From positions 352,001-416,000 of the forward strand of contig CAWIBO010000003.1 in the NCBI GenBank assembly GCA_963834385.1: a stretch of 64,000 nucleotides of DNA, in the 5' to 3' direction. This DNA is from an uncultured Verrucomicrobiae bacterium (lineage in GTDB: Bacteria; Verrucomicrobiota; Verrucomicrobiia; Chthoniobacterales; UBA10450). The notes beneath the pieces were generated by a model. It ran no database searches. It saw only the letters and a list, made by a program, of their open reading frames with translations, and had not been told where the DNA came from. The position numbers and the translations under genes are program-made. Below, piece after piece: positions 1 to 11,332 of this stretch. The number at the start of each line of letters is the position of its first letter. Within the stretch, counting starts at the first letter, position 1.

Positions 1-3000
1 GTTCGCCCGCGGATACTCAGGTGGGGCGATATGCCGATTCTGATTACGTGGCCTACGAGCGGATCGACAAGCGCGAGAATCTCGGCATGACCGACGCCGA
101 CGGCGTCACCATGCTTTTCATGCTGAACGACAACTACGCCAATGGGCAGGCGCGCTCGATCAGACGAGCCTTTCCGGCCACCGCTTGCGCCAACAACTTC
201 CCGGACATTGGGAACGCCTATCTCTACAACTACTCGACCTACGGCGGCGGCTTCTACAAGTACGCCTCGGAACTGAGCACGGTGGTCGTGCCGCCCGGCG
301 GCTACTTTGCCTTCTCCTGGAAAAACCCCGATCCCTCGGATCTCTGGCAGAACGCCGGCGGCAAGCCGGTCACGATCCTGCAAAATGGCCAGCCGGTCGG
401 GACGATGAGCTACGAGCGCAAGGATGGGCGCGATGGCGACAAGGGATTCAACCCGTACGGCGTCCCGGACGCGAACACGACCGATCTGAAATACACCTAC
501 ACCGTGCCGCGCGTGACGGACGGGACGAACCTCAGCTTCTTTGCGCGCACGGATGCCTCGGCCGAAAACATCCTGCTGAACCTGGATGGCGGCATCGACC
601 TCAACGGCGGCGCAGGCAACAGCGACCCTGGGTTGCGCGATCATCCTCCCGGCGTCACGACGGATGTTTTCATGGGCTACGAGCAGACGCTGTATGTCGA
701 CCGGCAGGGCCCGGAAAAGTTCGCCGCCATCAACACGGCGCGCTGCACCTTCGGCTCGGCCGGGGCGGAGACCTACACCGGCGGCGCGCCGACGGTCGAA
801 CGGCTCGGGAGCAAACCCGCAGAACGCCGATGCGGCCGCTTTTGTTTACCACGACCCGACGGCCGGGTTCGAAGGCTGGGCCGGGCCGCATCCGGCCACG
901 CAGTTTGTGGACAACGGTTCCACCGTCGAGATCTGGGCCAAGACCAACTCCGTCGGGGGCGGCTACCGGATGTTTGTCTATTACACGACGCGACGGCAGC
1001 AACCCGGAGGGCGCGGGCGGCGTCGGCACTCGGCACGACGCAGACGGCGGAGATGCGTTACCAGGCGCCGAACACGGCCGCGGCGCGACAACTGGTGGAT
1101 CGAACAGCCACCCTGACCAAACCGGCCGGCACGTTCAAATACAAGATCGGCGTCTTCAAAGACCGGCCTGAACAGTCTCTTCCCGGTCGGTGCGGATGAG
1201 GTGGCCCGCAAAAAGATCGGCATGACGATTTTCAAGATCGACGAATTTCAACGCCACCACGAAGGCGTTCTTCCCGCACAACGATTACGTCGAAGAACGC
1301 GCAGGGACAACCTCATGCGCACCGGGCTGGCGGAGGGCTTTCATGTCCTGCGCGCGCGCGCTTTTCTCAACGCGCTCGGGCAAGGCGTCGATCTACAACA
1401 CTTTTACGCAGACCTTTTACTACGACGCCCAGCGGCCGCAGGGGAGATCAAGTTCCCCGCGACGAACGGCGAAGCGTCACCGGCCAGACCTACGGCGTGG
1501 TCGTCCGGACCGATCAGAGCGTGACCGAGACGTGGTATCACATCGACGACAGCGACCCGACCAATGACGACGTCGTCACCCGCGTGGCCAATGGCAACGG
1601 CGTCGGCTTCGAGCCGTTCACCGATGCGAACAGCAACGGCGATGCGCGAACCACGGAGGCCTTCACCGACCTGAATGGCAACGGGACCTGGGACGACAAC
1701 GTCCCCGCCTGGGTGAAGGTGAGCGAGGTCACGCCGAGCGCCGCGATCAGCAGCGCGTTCCCGCGCGAATGGCGCTTCAATTATCGCAACATCCCCGCGG
1801 GCGGCAGGGCAGGCACGATCCAGGTGCGCCTGCGTGAGCTTTCGTCGTCGCCCACTTTCTTCACCGGAGCAACGTCGACGTCAGCGACGCTGTCGGGCAT
1901 TTCACCACGCTGACCCGCACGGTCACCACCACCGGCGATCCGCAACCGTCTCTTTATCGCCTTCCCGCGCGCGGATGGGCAGACCGTCGGCCCGGGCTAC
2001 GTCATGAAGGTGCGCTTCAGCGACGTCCTCGGGAACGGCGTGGACGACGAAACTTTGAAGAGCCGGTTCGTGGTCAAGATCGCCAGCAGCGAGTCCGGCT
2101 CCGTGGCCAACGCGGTCACGCAGGGCACCTCGACCTACCAGATCATCCGCAACGCCGACCCCGGTTATCACGATCTCGCCTTTACCCTCCCGGCGCTTTA
2201 CAACGGCGTCCCCGATTTTCTTCACACGATCCAGGCCACGATGACGCGCCCGGGCAACTCCGCCCTGGTGGCGACGCGCCAGGTCCAGGCCGAGCCGACG
2301 CAGCAGGGCAGCTTCGTCAACATCACCAAGCCGCCCGAGTTCGACTCGGACGGGAAACGCTTCGAGATCGTCCTGCCGGACAAGCCGATGCCGCTGCCGT
2401 CCGAGCGGCAGACCGTGATCACGGTCGAGACCAGCACGGACATCGAGACCGTCTCGATCAGTTTTGCCAACAACGCCGCCACCGCCTCCCTCATCGCGGA
2501 AGTGGAAACCGAGCTGCGGCACCCGGTCTCGGTCACCAATGGCAGCACCACCGTGGCGGGTCTGGAGAAAATGCTGACCGGCACCGTCTCGACCACGATG
2601 GACAGTTCGACCGTGACCGGCAGCGGCACGCTCTTCACCACCGAGGTGGAGGTCGGCGACCTCATCCGGATCGGGTCGCAGGATTTTATTGTCATCACCG
2701 TCAACTCGAACACCCAGCTCACCACGGTGGAGACGGCGGACGCCGGCGGTTCCGGACTCTCCCTCTTCCTGCGCTCGCATTTCGACCAGGAGCTCTCAGT
2801 CGGGAACACGGTCAAGATCGGCGGCACGACGTACAAGGTGGCGGTGGTAAACGATTCCGACACGGTCACGCTCGAGATCCCCTACGCCGGCTCGACCACG
2901 GCCAGCCTCCCGGCCTTCCGGGTGGACCCGAACCCGATCAGCACCGGCAGCCGGAAACTCTGGAAGTTCCTCTGGTCGAACATGACGCCCGGTTCCTTTA

Positions 3001-6000
3001 CCTTCACCGCGCTGGCCCATCCTTCCTCGGGCCCGGATGTCAGCGCCACCCGCAACACGCTGGTGGTGCTGCGCCAGGTGGTCACGGGCGACGAGAACGA
3101 CGCCGACGATGACAACGACGGCCTCAGCGACGTGAACGAGACCACGCCGACGGCCCTGCCCGCGACCAACCCGGAGAGCTGGAGCAACGGGCAGGTCCAT
3201 GTTTACTACGCCTACGGTCATTCCAACCCGCTCAGCCCCGACACCGACGGCGACGGTCTGCCGGACGGCCTTGAAGTGGGGTGGCGCACCGCGGCCAACC
3301 CGCCGACGGATCCGGCGGCGGACACCAACGGCGACGGCTCGCCCAATTTCATCGGCGACCTTGATCCGCCGTTCTTCAATACGCTCGATAACTTCGGGAA
3401 CGTCCCGGATGTCGACAGCCAGAGCCAGGGAGGCGACCGGGCCAAACAGGTGGCCGGGAGCGCGACCAATCCGAACGATCCGGACACCGATCACGATGGC
3501 ATTCCGGACGGTCTGGAAGACGCCAACCGCAACGGCTGGACCGATGGGGACGGCGCTTCGCTGGCCACGACCACGGCACCCAGCCTCGGTCGCAACTGGC
3601 CCAATGGCGTCATGGACCCGGGCGAAACCTGGCTCGAGACAAGCCCGCTCGATCCCGATTCCGACAAGGATGGCCTGAGCGACGGCTACGGCGAGGACGT
3701 TGACCTGAACGGGAAGATCGCGGGCGACACGGACAACGACCGCGTTTACGACGGCGGCGAAACCTGGAGCGAGACCAACCCGCTCAAGGCCGACACTGAT
3801 GGCGACGGCCTGCCCGACGGCTGGGAAGTCCGGTACGGGCTCGATCCGCTCGACAATGGCACCCTGAACATGCGCACCGGCGGCGCCGGCAATCCGGACA
3901 ACGGCGCCAGCGGCAACCCCGACGGCGACGACTTCGAAACCTGCGAAGAACTGGTCAACGGCACCGACCCAACCACGCCGAACACGATCGTGCCGCCGCC
4001 GCCGGGCATCGATCGTGATCGGCCCGCACACGCCGGTCGTGGTCGGCGGGGTGACCAACGCGCAGCGAGTTCACCGATTGGAGCGCTGGACGACCTGATC
4101 GTGCTCGACGAATACGACGGCGCCGGCGCGAACAACCAGGGGGCCGACGTCTATCACGGCGACGACGGCTTCGATTCGTCGCGCGACCTCGTCGCGTTCT
4201 ACGCGCACGACGGCGGCGACCCGGACGCTGGGCGGCGACGGCAATTTCTATTTCCGCGTCGATCTCCAGCGACCTCGCCCGCCTACGCGGAGGAGGGCAA
4301 CCTCGACATTTATGTGGTGGTCGATTCGGGCAACCCGGCCATCGGCGAATACGCCCTGCCGGACGACGTGGACACGGGCACGACCATGCGCTGGGAGGCC
4401 GTGGTGGCGGGCTATTCGTCAACAACGGGCGCGTCTATGTCGATACGAACAACGCCTCGAACTCCACCGCCATCGGCCAGGCGCTGCGCCGGCTTCGGGT
4501 CGTGCAGCGCGCGACCAGAATACGCCGGATGGATTCAAGAAAGGCGTACTACAGCTCCGACCTCGACTCGGTGGAATTTTCCATCAGCCGCAAGGCGCTG
4601 CGCGACGCGGGCTGGAACGGCGATCCGCGACCCTGCTCAACTACCAGGTCTTCACCACGCCGGACGGCACCGACAACAGACCGCGCCCGGCGCGGGCGAC
4701 ATCGGCGGGCGCTCCGACATCCGCGACACCATCTACGACGATTTCCTCGCCTCGGATTACTACAAGGACCAGTCGGACATCGGCGGCGACAAAAGCGTGC
4801 TGAACGCCTGGTTCAGCGCGGCCGGTCAGCGGGCGGCCAGGGTCCAACGACCGCGGCAAGCGCGCCAAGGTCATCTCGCTCGTGCACGGCAACCAGGCGA
4901 TCCAGCCGGGCAGCTCGTGCAGACGCTGATCAATAATGCCGCCGGCGCCGGCTACTACCGCCCGCTCGATGTGCACCAGGCTTACGAGCGTCCCGCTCGC
5001 CCTTCATCTTACGCCGACCCTCGCCTCGGCGTTTGCAGTGGGCGACGGCCGATCCGGCGTCCCGCGCCTTATCGCGACGGTCCCGCGTTCAATGCCCGCC
5101 TCAACACGCTCGACGAAGAGCGGCGTGATCGACCTGCTCGGCAGCACCTTCTCCGATCACTTGCTGCCGTACTTCCCGACCGACTTCAACGCGGCCAACG
5201 TCGCCCTCGCCGACACCTTTCTCTCCTCGATCTATTCCGGCGCATGCATTCGGCGTGACGTTCTTTGGAATCCGGAACGCGTGGCCGACTCCGGCGTCCT
5301 CCAGCAGATCGGCGCGCTTGGTTACACCCACACCTTCATCGACCAGATGCGGCATCTCCTGAAATGGTTTGGCCGCACCAGCGCGCTCGGCGACGACGGC
5401 TACCGGCTGAACCTGATCAATGGCGTGAAATGTTTCGTGATCAACGACCAGGCCGGCACCTATCGTTTTCTCAACACCGACAACGGCCTCGCGCGTCGCC
5501 CTGCGCGAACTGCTCAATCGCAAGGCCCGCGCCGGCACGCAGGATCAGGTCGTGATCCTGTTCAGCGCGTGGGAGGATTTCGGCGGCAAGACCAACGCGG
5601 ACGCCTACGACAAAAACATCCGCTGGATGGCGAGCCGGCCCTGGATCCAACTGGTCACGCCGGACCAGATCGCCAGCGGCCAGGTCGATCTTTCCCAGCC
5701 GCCGGACGGGGCGGGGGACACCTGGGGCGTGAAGGATCGCTCGACCGGCGGCGGCAGCGCCGCCCTCAAGGTGGCGCACGACTACGTCGATCACGCCACC
5801 CAGGAGAATTACGATTCCTGGTATTTCGGGTCGGCTCAGGAGGAAGCCTTGAGCACCAAGCAATTCAGCATCCGCACCGGCGTGCTCGTTCCCTCGGCCT
5901 TTGGCATTGTCGGGACGGAAGGCGTGGCCCATGCGGCCTGGAGTGCTGTGGCCGGGTTCGTGCCGACGCCGGCCAACATCGATCTTTATGCCCTGGCCCG

Positions 6001-7409
6001 TTCCGTCCTGCACGCGGCCCAGTTCGAAACCGCCTTCCACGACCAGACGAACAACGACCTGAGCAAGTTCAGCACGGGCGCCTACATCAACCCCGATACC
6101 AGCTTCCAGAGTCTGGCCTCGTTCTCGAAGACGGCCCAGGCGCAAACCCGTTTCGCGGCGGTCTATGCGCGGGTGAACAGCTGGTCCTCCTCGGCCGGCC
6201 AGGGCCTTTACCTGAACTCATCCCAGACCGCCATGGAAGACGTGGACCTCGATGGCGAAGCGGAATACCTCGTTTACAACGATCGACTCTTTGCTCTCTT
6301 TGAGCGCATCGGGGGACGCATGACCGGGGCCTGGCTGCGCAACCTCGAGACCGGGCATGTCGCCCAGGTCGTCGGGAACTTCGCCAGCTACGCCGGCTCG
6401 GAGACCGAGCTCGAGGGCGCCGGCAACTTCACCGGGTCGGCCGTGAACGCGCACCGCACCTCCGCCTTCAAGGATTGGTTCGCCAAGACGGACCCCGGCG
6501 GGGCCGGGACATCGCAGTATGTGAACGAGCTTTACACGGTGGCGCCCGCTCCTGCGGGCACGGGATGGAAATTGACCAGCGCCGACGGCAAGATCGCCAA
6601 GACCATCACGCTCAACCCGGGGGCCAACCAGTTGCACGCCAACTATGCCACGACCGGGATCGTGCAGCTTTTTGTCCGTTTCGGTCTCTCGCCCGATCTC
6701 GAGAATCCTGCTTCTGGCCGGCCAGGCTTCCCTCAGCGGAGTGATCAGCAACGCCCAGGAGGCCAATCTGTTTAATCATAACCTCGCCCGCAGCGTCCGC
6801 GCCTTCCTGCGCACGGGCGGCGGCAGTTTTGCCGGCGCCACCCGTAACGCGACCGCCAGCGACGGCGCCACCGGCGTCGTCCTTGATACCGTGGCCATGC
6901 GCAACCAGGCCCAGACTCACCAGATCGAAATCGAGGGCAACACCAGCATGACGTTTGCCCTCGGCTTCGAGACCGGCCTCACCCTCTCGTATGATTCCGA
7001 CGGGGACGGTCTCCCGGATTGGTGGGAGACGGAACACGGCAGCAATCCGAACGATGCGACCGGAAACAATGGGGCCGGCGCAGACTTGGACGGCGATGGC
7101 TGGGACAGCCTCTCCGAGTTCATCGCGGGCACGGATCCCGCCGTGGCCGACAGCACCACCAGGGGGCTCACGATCATTCGCAGTTCGCCCACCACCGTCA
7201 CCCTCCAGTTCCCGACCGCCCTTGATCGCGTTTATCGAATTTATTACCGCAACAGCCTGCAGAGCGGAAGCTGGACCCAGGCCGGTCCCGACATTATCGG
7301 AAACGGCGCCCAGGCGAATTATGTCGATGACGGCGCGGGGACTGGCTCCGCTCCGACCAACAGCCAACCCAGATTTTACAAACTCGAAATCCGTCTCCTT
7401 AATCCATGA
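1..7409 (+). CDS. Giant modular secreted alpha-glucan-active protein (5'-truncated, heavily frameshifted): amylase C-terminal-like region, candidate carbohydrate-binding domain, Asp-rich Ca-binding repeats, DOMON-like domain, GH57 domain, C-terminal D-rich/beta-sandwich tail
   Basis: Protein-like sequence continues across ORFs 21..1199, 586..1116, 1497..1913, 2004..5258, 4936..6303, 5552..6775 and 6645..7409. GH57-type motifs: LVHGNQ, LALHLTPTL, LLGSTFSDHLLPY, LWNPERV, then DVDLDGEAEYLVYND..IGG. Stop TGA 7407-7409 overlaps the next ATG. Confidence 0.75.
3090..3990 (+). repeat. Coding array of Asp-rich D-x-D-x-D-G-x-x-D-x-x-E repeats (thrombospondin type-3-like Ca-binding)
   Basis: DDDNDGLSDVNE, PDTDGDGLPDGLE, ADTNGDGSPN, PDTDHDGIPDGLE, PDSDKDGLSDGYGE, ADTDGDGLPDGWE in ORF 2004..5258. 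Confidence 0.8.
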
Positions 7410-10400
7410 CCTGTTCCCCTCGTTATTTTACGCGCCTTGCCCTTCTCGTTTTTCTCGTCGCCGGAAGTCTGCCGAACGTTTTTGGTGTCCTGGCCGATGC
7501 CGGTCATCGCCCATTCTTTTCCGACGTGCCGCATGCGGATGGAAGCCCGGCGCCTCGGCGGCAGTATCGGGAGCCCTACGTCGAGATCAGTAATAACCCG
7601 GCCGTTAATACCCCCATCACCGTCTACACGGTGGTGCGGAGGTTGAATAATTCCTACGGGACGGCCAATCAGACGGGCGGCACGCTTTTCTACAAGGGAG
7701 CAAACGATGGAGTCTGGCAGAGTGTCTCGCTCGGCTTCCATGCCAATGAAGGGGACTTTCAATACTGGAAGGCCTCTTTCGACAGCAATTTCTTCGAGGC
7801 GAACGAGGTCATCCAGTACGACTTCCTCCTTACCTTTAACTCTGGTGCGGAGAACACCTATCTCTATGCCGGCACCGGTTTTGGCGACCTTGCCAGTCAA
7901 ACGACAAACAGCCAGGGCACGGCGGCTACAAGCCCGTTCACCGTGCGCAATCGGCCGGCCTGGATTTTTCATGCGAACAATCGCGTAACCAGTGGCAATA
8001 ACGTCGAATTCTGGGCGAAGGTTGGATATATCGGCGATCCGAATGATCTTCAGACGCGCTGGGCCACGAACGGGGCGGTCTATTACACGACTAATGGAAG
8101 TGAACCGAGCGGGAGCGGCGGCCTCCCCGGACCCGACACGACAGTCGTTTATTTCAGTTACTCCCACCCGGAAAGCAATAATCAGGGGGGCGCAAGCATC
8201 GCCGGCACGCCGATGTGGTGGAAGGCCACCGGGCCCAACCTTCTCGCGATCGCGCCGCTTGGCGGCACCATCAAATACAAAATCGGGTTCTGGCATTCTT
8301 CGACGAGCGAGGAAAAATTCGCGGAGCATAATGCCGGGACCAACAACCTCACTTTCTCTTTCCAGAACGGCGTGGCGGGCGACCCGGTTCTGACCGTGAA
8401 CGGTGTGAATGCCAACTACACCACGACTCACCTTTTTGTGGATGAAACCTTGCTCGAAAGTCAGCCTGTCACGGTTACCTTCGCCCCCGGGCAAGTGGCC
8501 AGCGAGGTGGAGGTTTTTACCAACCTGAATCGCCGCGCCCGCGCTGAACTTGACGCCAATGGCGATGGTTTTGAGGACGGACTGCAACCCGTCGACGCTA
8601 ATCTGGTGGTGTCGACCGGGCCAGGCAGCGATGATCACTATTACAAAGCCTATCAGATGGTGAACAATGGAGGCGGGAATTACAGCCTGGCTCTGGCTGC
8701 CAGCAAGACCGGGGCTTACCGGCTGACCGCCCGCTGGAAGGTCTCCGGCGATCCAGCCTGGCGCTGGTATACGAACGCCGGCGCCAATCGCCGCGACCAT
8801 GCCCTGGTAATCTCCCCGACCGCCGCCCGGAACATCAATCTTTACGAGATGAATGTCTTCAATGTGGAAGCCAGCGGCGACCAGTTCTCGCAGCGAGGCA
8901 CCCTCGAGGATCTTTACGATGCTCCCAACGCCCCGCACCAGGGGTTCGAGAACCGCTGGAACCTCACCTATCTCCGGAACCTTGGGTCGAATTGGCTTTG
9001 GTTTCAGCCGATCCACCCCATCACGCTCGAGGCCCAGCAAGGTTTTGATCCGGGCAGCCCATACTCGGTCCGCAACTTCTTCGAGATCAATCCGCTCATG
9101 TCGGTTAATTACAACGCTGCCGCCGGACCGCTCGATCAGGGTAACCGTGACTCCGCGCGCCTTGCCTTTGCCGGTCTCGTCTCCGCCGCCGATAGCGCCG
9201 GCGTGGGCATCATGCTCGACGCCCCGTTCAACCATACCGCTCCCGATGCCGAGGTTTCGCATGTGGGCGACGATATCTTCAATCTCTCGGCCAACGCCCT
9301 GTTCCGGGATGTGGAAGCCCGCTTTTACTCTCGCGACGACAATTACGCGCAGCGCGCTTCCAGCGCCGCCAACATCGCCATCGCGCCGGATCGCGGCGAC
9401 TTCGGGAAATGGGGGGACGTCCGTGATGTCTTCTTTGGAAATTACTCCGCTTTGGTGGCCATCAACCCGCAGGACAACGGCAACTTCAATAACGAGGCCG
9501 ATATCTTCGATTACACCAGCTCAAATTGGACGAGCGATGATCGGGGTGATCTCCCTGGTTTGCAGAATGTCACGCGCAACGTCTGGCGCTATTTCGCCGA
9601 ATACACTCTTTATTGGTTGAGCCAGACTGGTGTGCCGATCGGCGCCGACCTTGCCACCCAGACCGCCCTGGGCATCGACGGATTACGGGCCGATTTTGGA
9701 CAGGGCCTCCCCTCACAGTTCTGGGAGTACCTGCATCAACAAAACGCGCACTCGGAAGTGGAATTTTATCTTTATGGCGGAGTCGCTCGACGGAGGCGCG
9801 GTGACCTATCGTTCGAACCGGCATTTCGATATCCTGAACGAAAATATCGTGTTCCCGCTCAAGTCGGCCTCCAGCGCCGCCGACTACCGGAGTATCTTCG
9901 AGTCACGACGCAGTTCCTACGGGCAGGGTCTTGTTCTCCTGAACAACATGTCACACGACGAGGAGAGCTACGAAGATCCCTGGCAGGCCCTGGTGCGCTA
10001 TGCCGTGGCCGGGGCGGTGGACGGTGTTCCGCTTATCTTCCCGGGGCAGGAGCTCGGGATCTCCCGAACCTTCGGTTACTCGCATTACGAGACGAATTTC
10101 GGCAAGCAGATCGCGCACTTTAAGCGCTACAATTCGATGCTTCCGGCCTGGAACGATGCAAACTACGGCAACGACCAGCTTTATCCCGTTTATCAGGGGA
10201 TCGGACAGGCCCGCGAGTTCAGCCCGGCCCTGCGCAGCTCGAACCGCTATTTCCTAAACGAAGATGGCAACAGCCAGACCATTTTCGCCGTGGCCAAGTA
10301 CGTAACGAAGAACGCGGGGCCGGCCAGCAGCGATGTGGTGTTTGCCTTTGCCAACACCAATCGTGACGCCAGTCCCAGCGGAAATTATCGCGTCAATCAG

Positions 10401-11270
10401 GATACCGACAGCAATGGCGTGAATGATTACGGAATCAAGACGGGACGGACCTATAACGTTCGCAACATCGCCGCCTACGAGGGGATCGACGGAACTCGTC
10501 GGGAAGTCTGTCTTTGGGGCGGGGGCCGCAGCGGCGCGGACATTCTGACCAACGGGGTCTTTGTCTCCATGAACAAGGTTCCCACCATGTCCACCAGCAT
10601 GAATCCCGCCGATCCCGCCTGGAACCAGCGCCCCTACGAAGCGCAGTATCTCAAGGTTTTCGACGTGACCGCTCCGCCTAATGCCCCGGGCGCGCTCAAT
10701 CCGGGCAACGCCTATAGCTACACCATCGGGAGCACGCTGAACCTGACCTGGACCCCCGCCGCGCCCGACTCCGAGGGCCTGCAGCCGCGTTACAAGGTGA
10801 ACTATGTTTTCAGCGGCCAACCGGCCAACTTCTTTTATAGCAACGACCCGTCGGCGACCTTTGGCAGCGCGCCCGGCAGCACCATCCAGGTTTGGGTCCA
10901 GTCGGTGAACCCGAATGACAACAGCGTCGTCGGCGCCTCCACCGCGACCTTCCAGTTCACCTTCCTCGACGGGAACAGTGACAATGACGGGGATGGCATG
11001 AGTAACGCCCGGGAGGACGTCGCCGGCACCAATCCATTCGACCAGCAGTCGGTCTTTGCCATCGCCAGTGTCGCCCGGCCCGATCCTTCCACTTTCTCGG
11101 TTTCGTGGACGAGCGTGCCTGGGCGCCGCTATCAGGTGGAAGGCGCCACCACGCCGGGCGGCACCTACATGAGCATCGGTGGCGTCATCACGGCCGATGC
11201 CACCATGGAAACGCTGGCCTTCGCGCCCACCGGCGGACAGCAGTTCTTCCGGGTCAGGATCGTCCCGTGA
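7406..11270 (+). CDS. Large secreted GH13 alpha-amylase-family protein (one frameshift near 9730)
   Basis: N-terminal signal peptide. GH13 regions MLDAPFNH, IDGLRADFGQG, FMAESLD, NNMSHDE, PLIFPGQE across ORFs 7406..10123 and 9630..11270. FN3-like region and D-rich C-terminal tail. Confidence 0.85.
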
Positions 11271-11332
11271 GCCGGGACGACCGGCGGGACTTGCCAAGCG
11301 TTCCCTGAGAAGGTCTGATAGATGACCCGGCG

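Noticed and set aside
2520..2900. Prophage remnant
   Set aside because: The tail-fibre-like domain is in frame inside a CAZyme, and no other phage genes are in the window.
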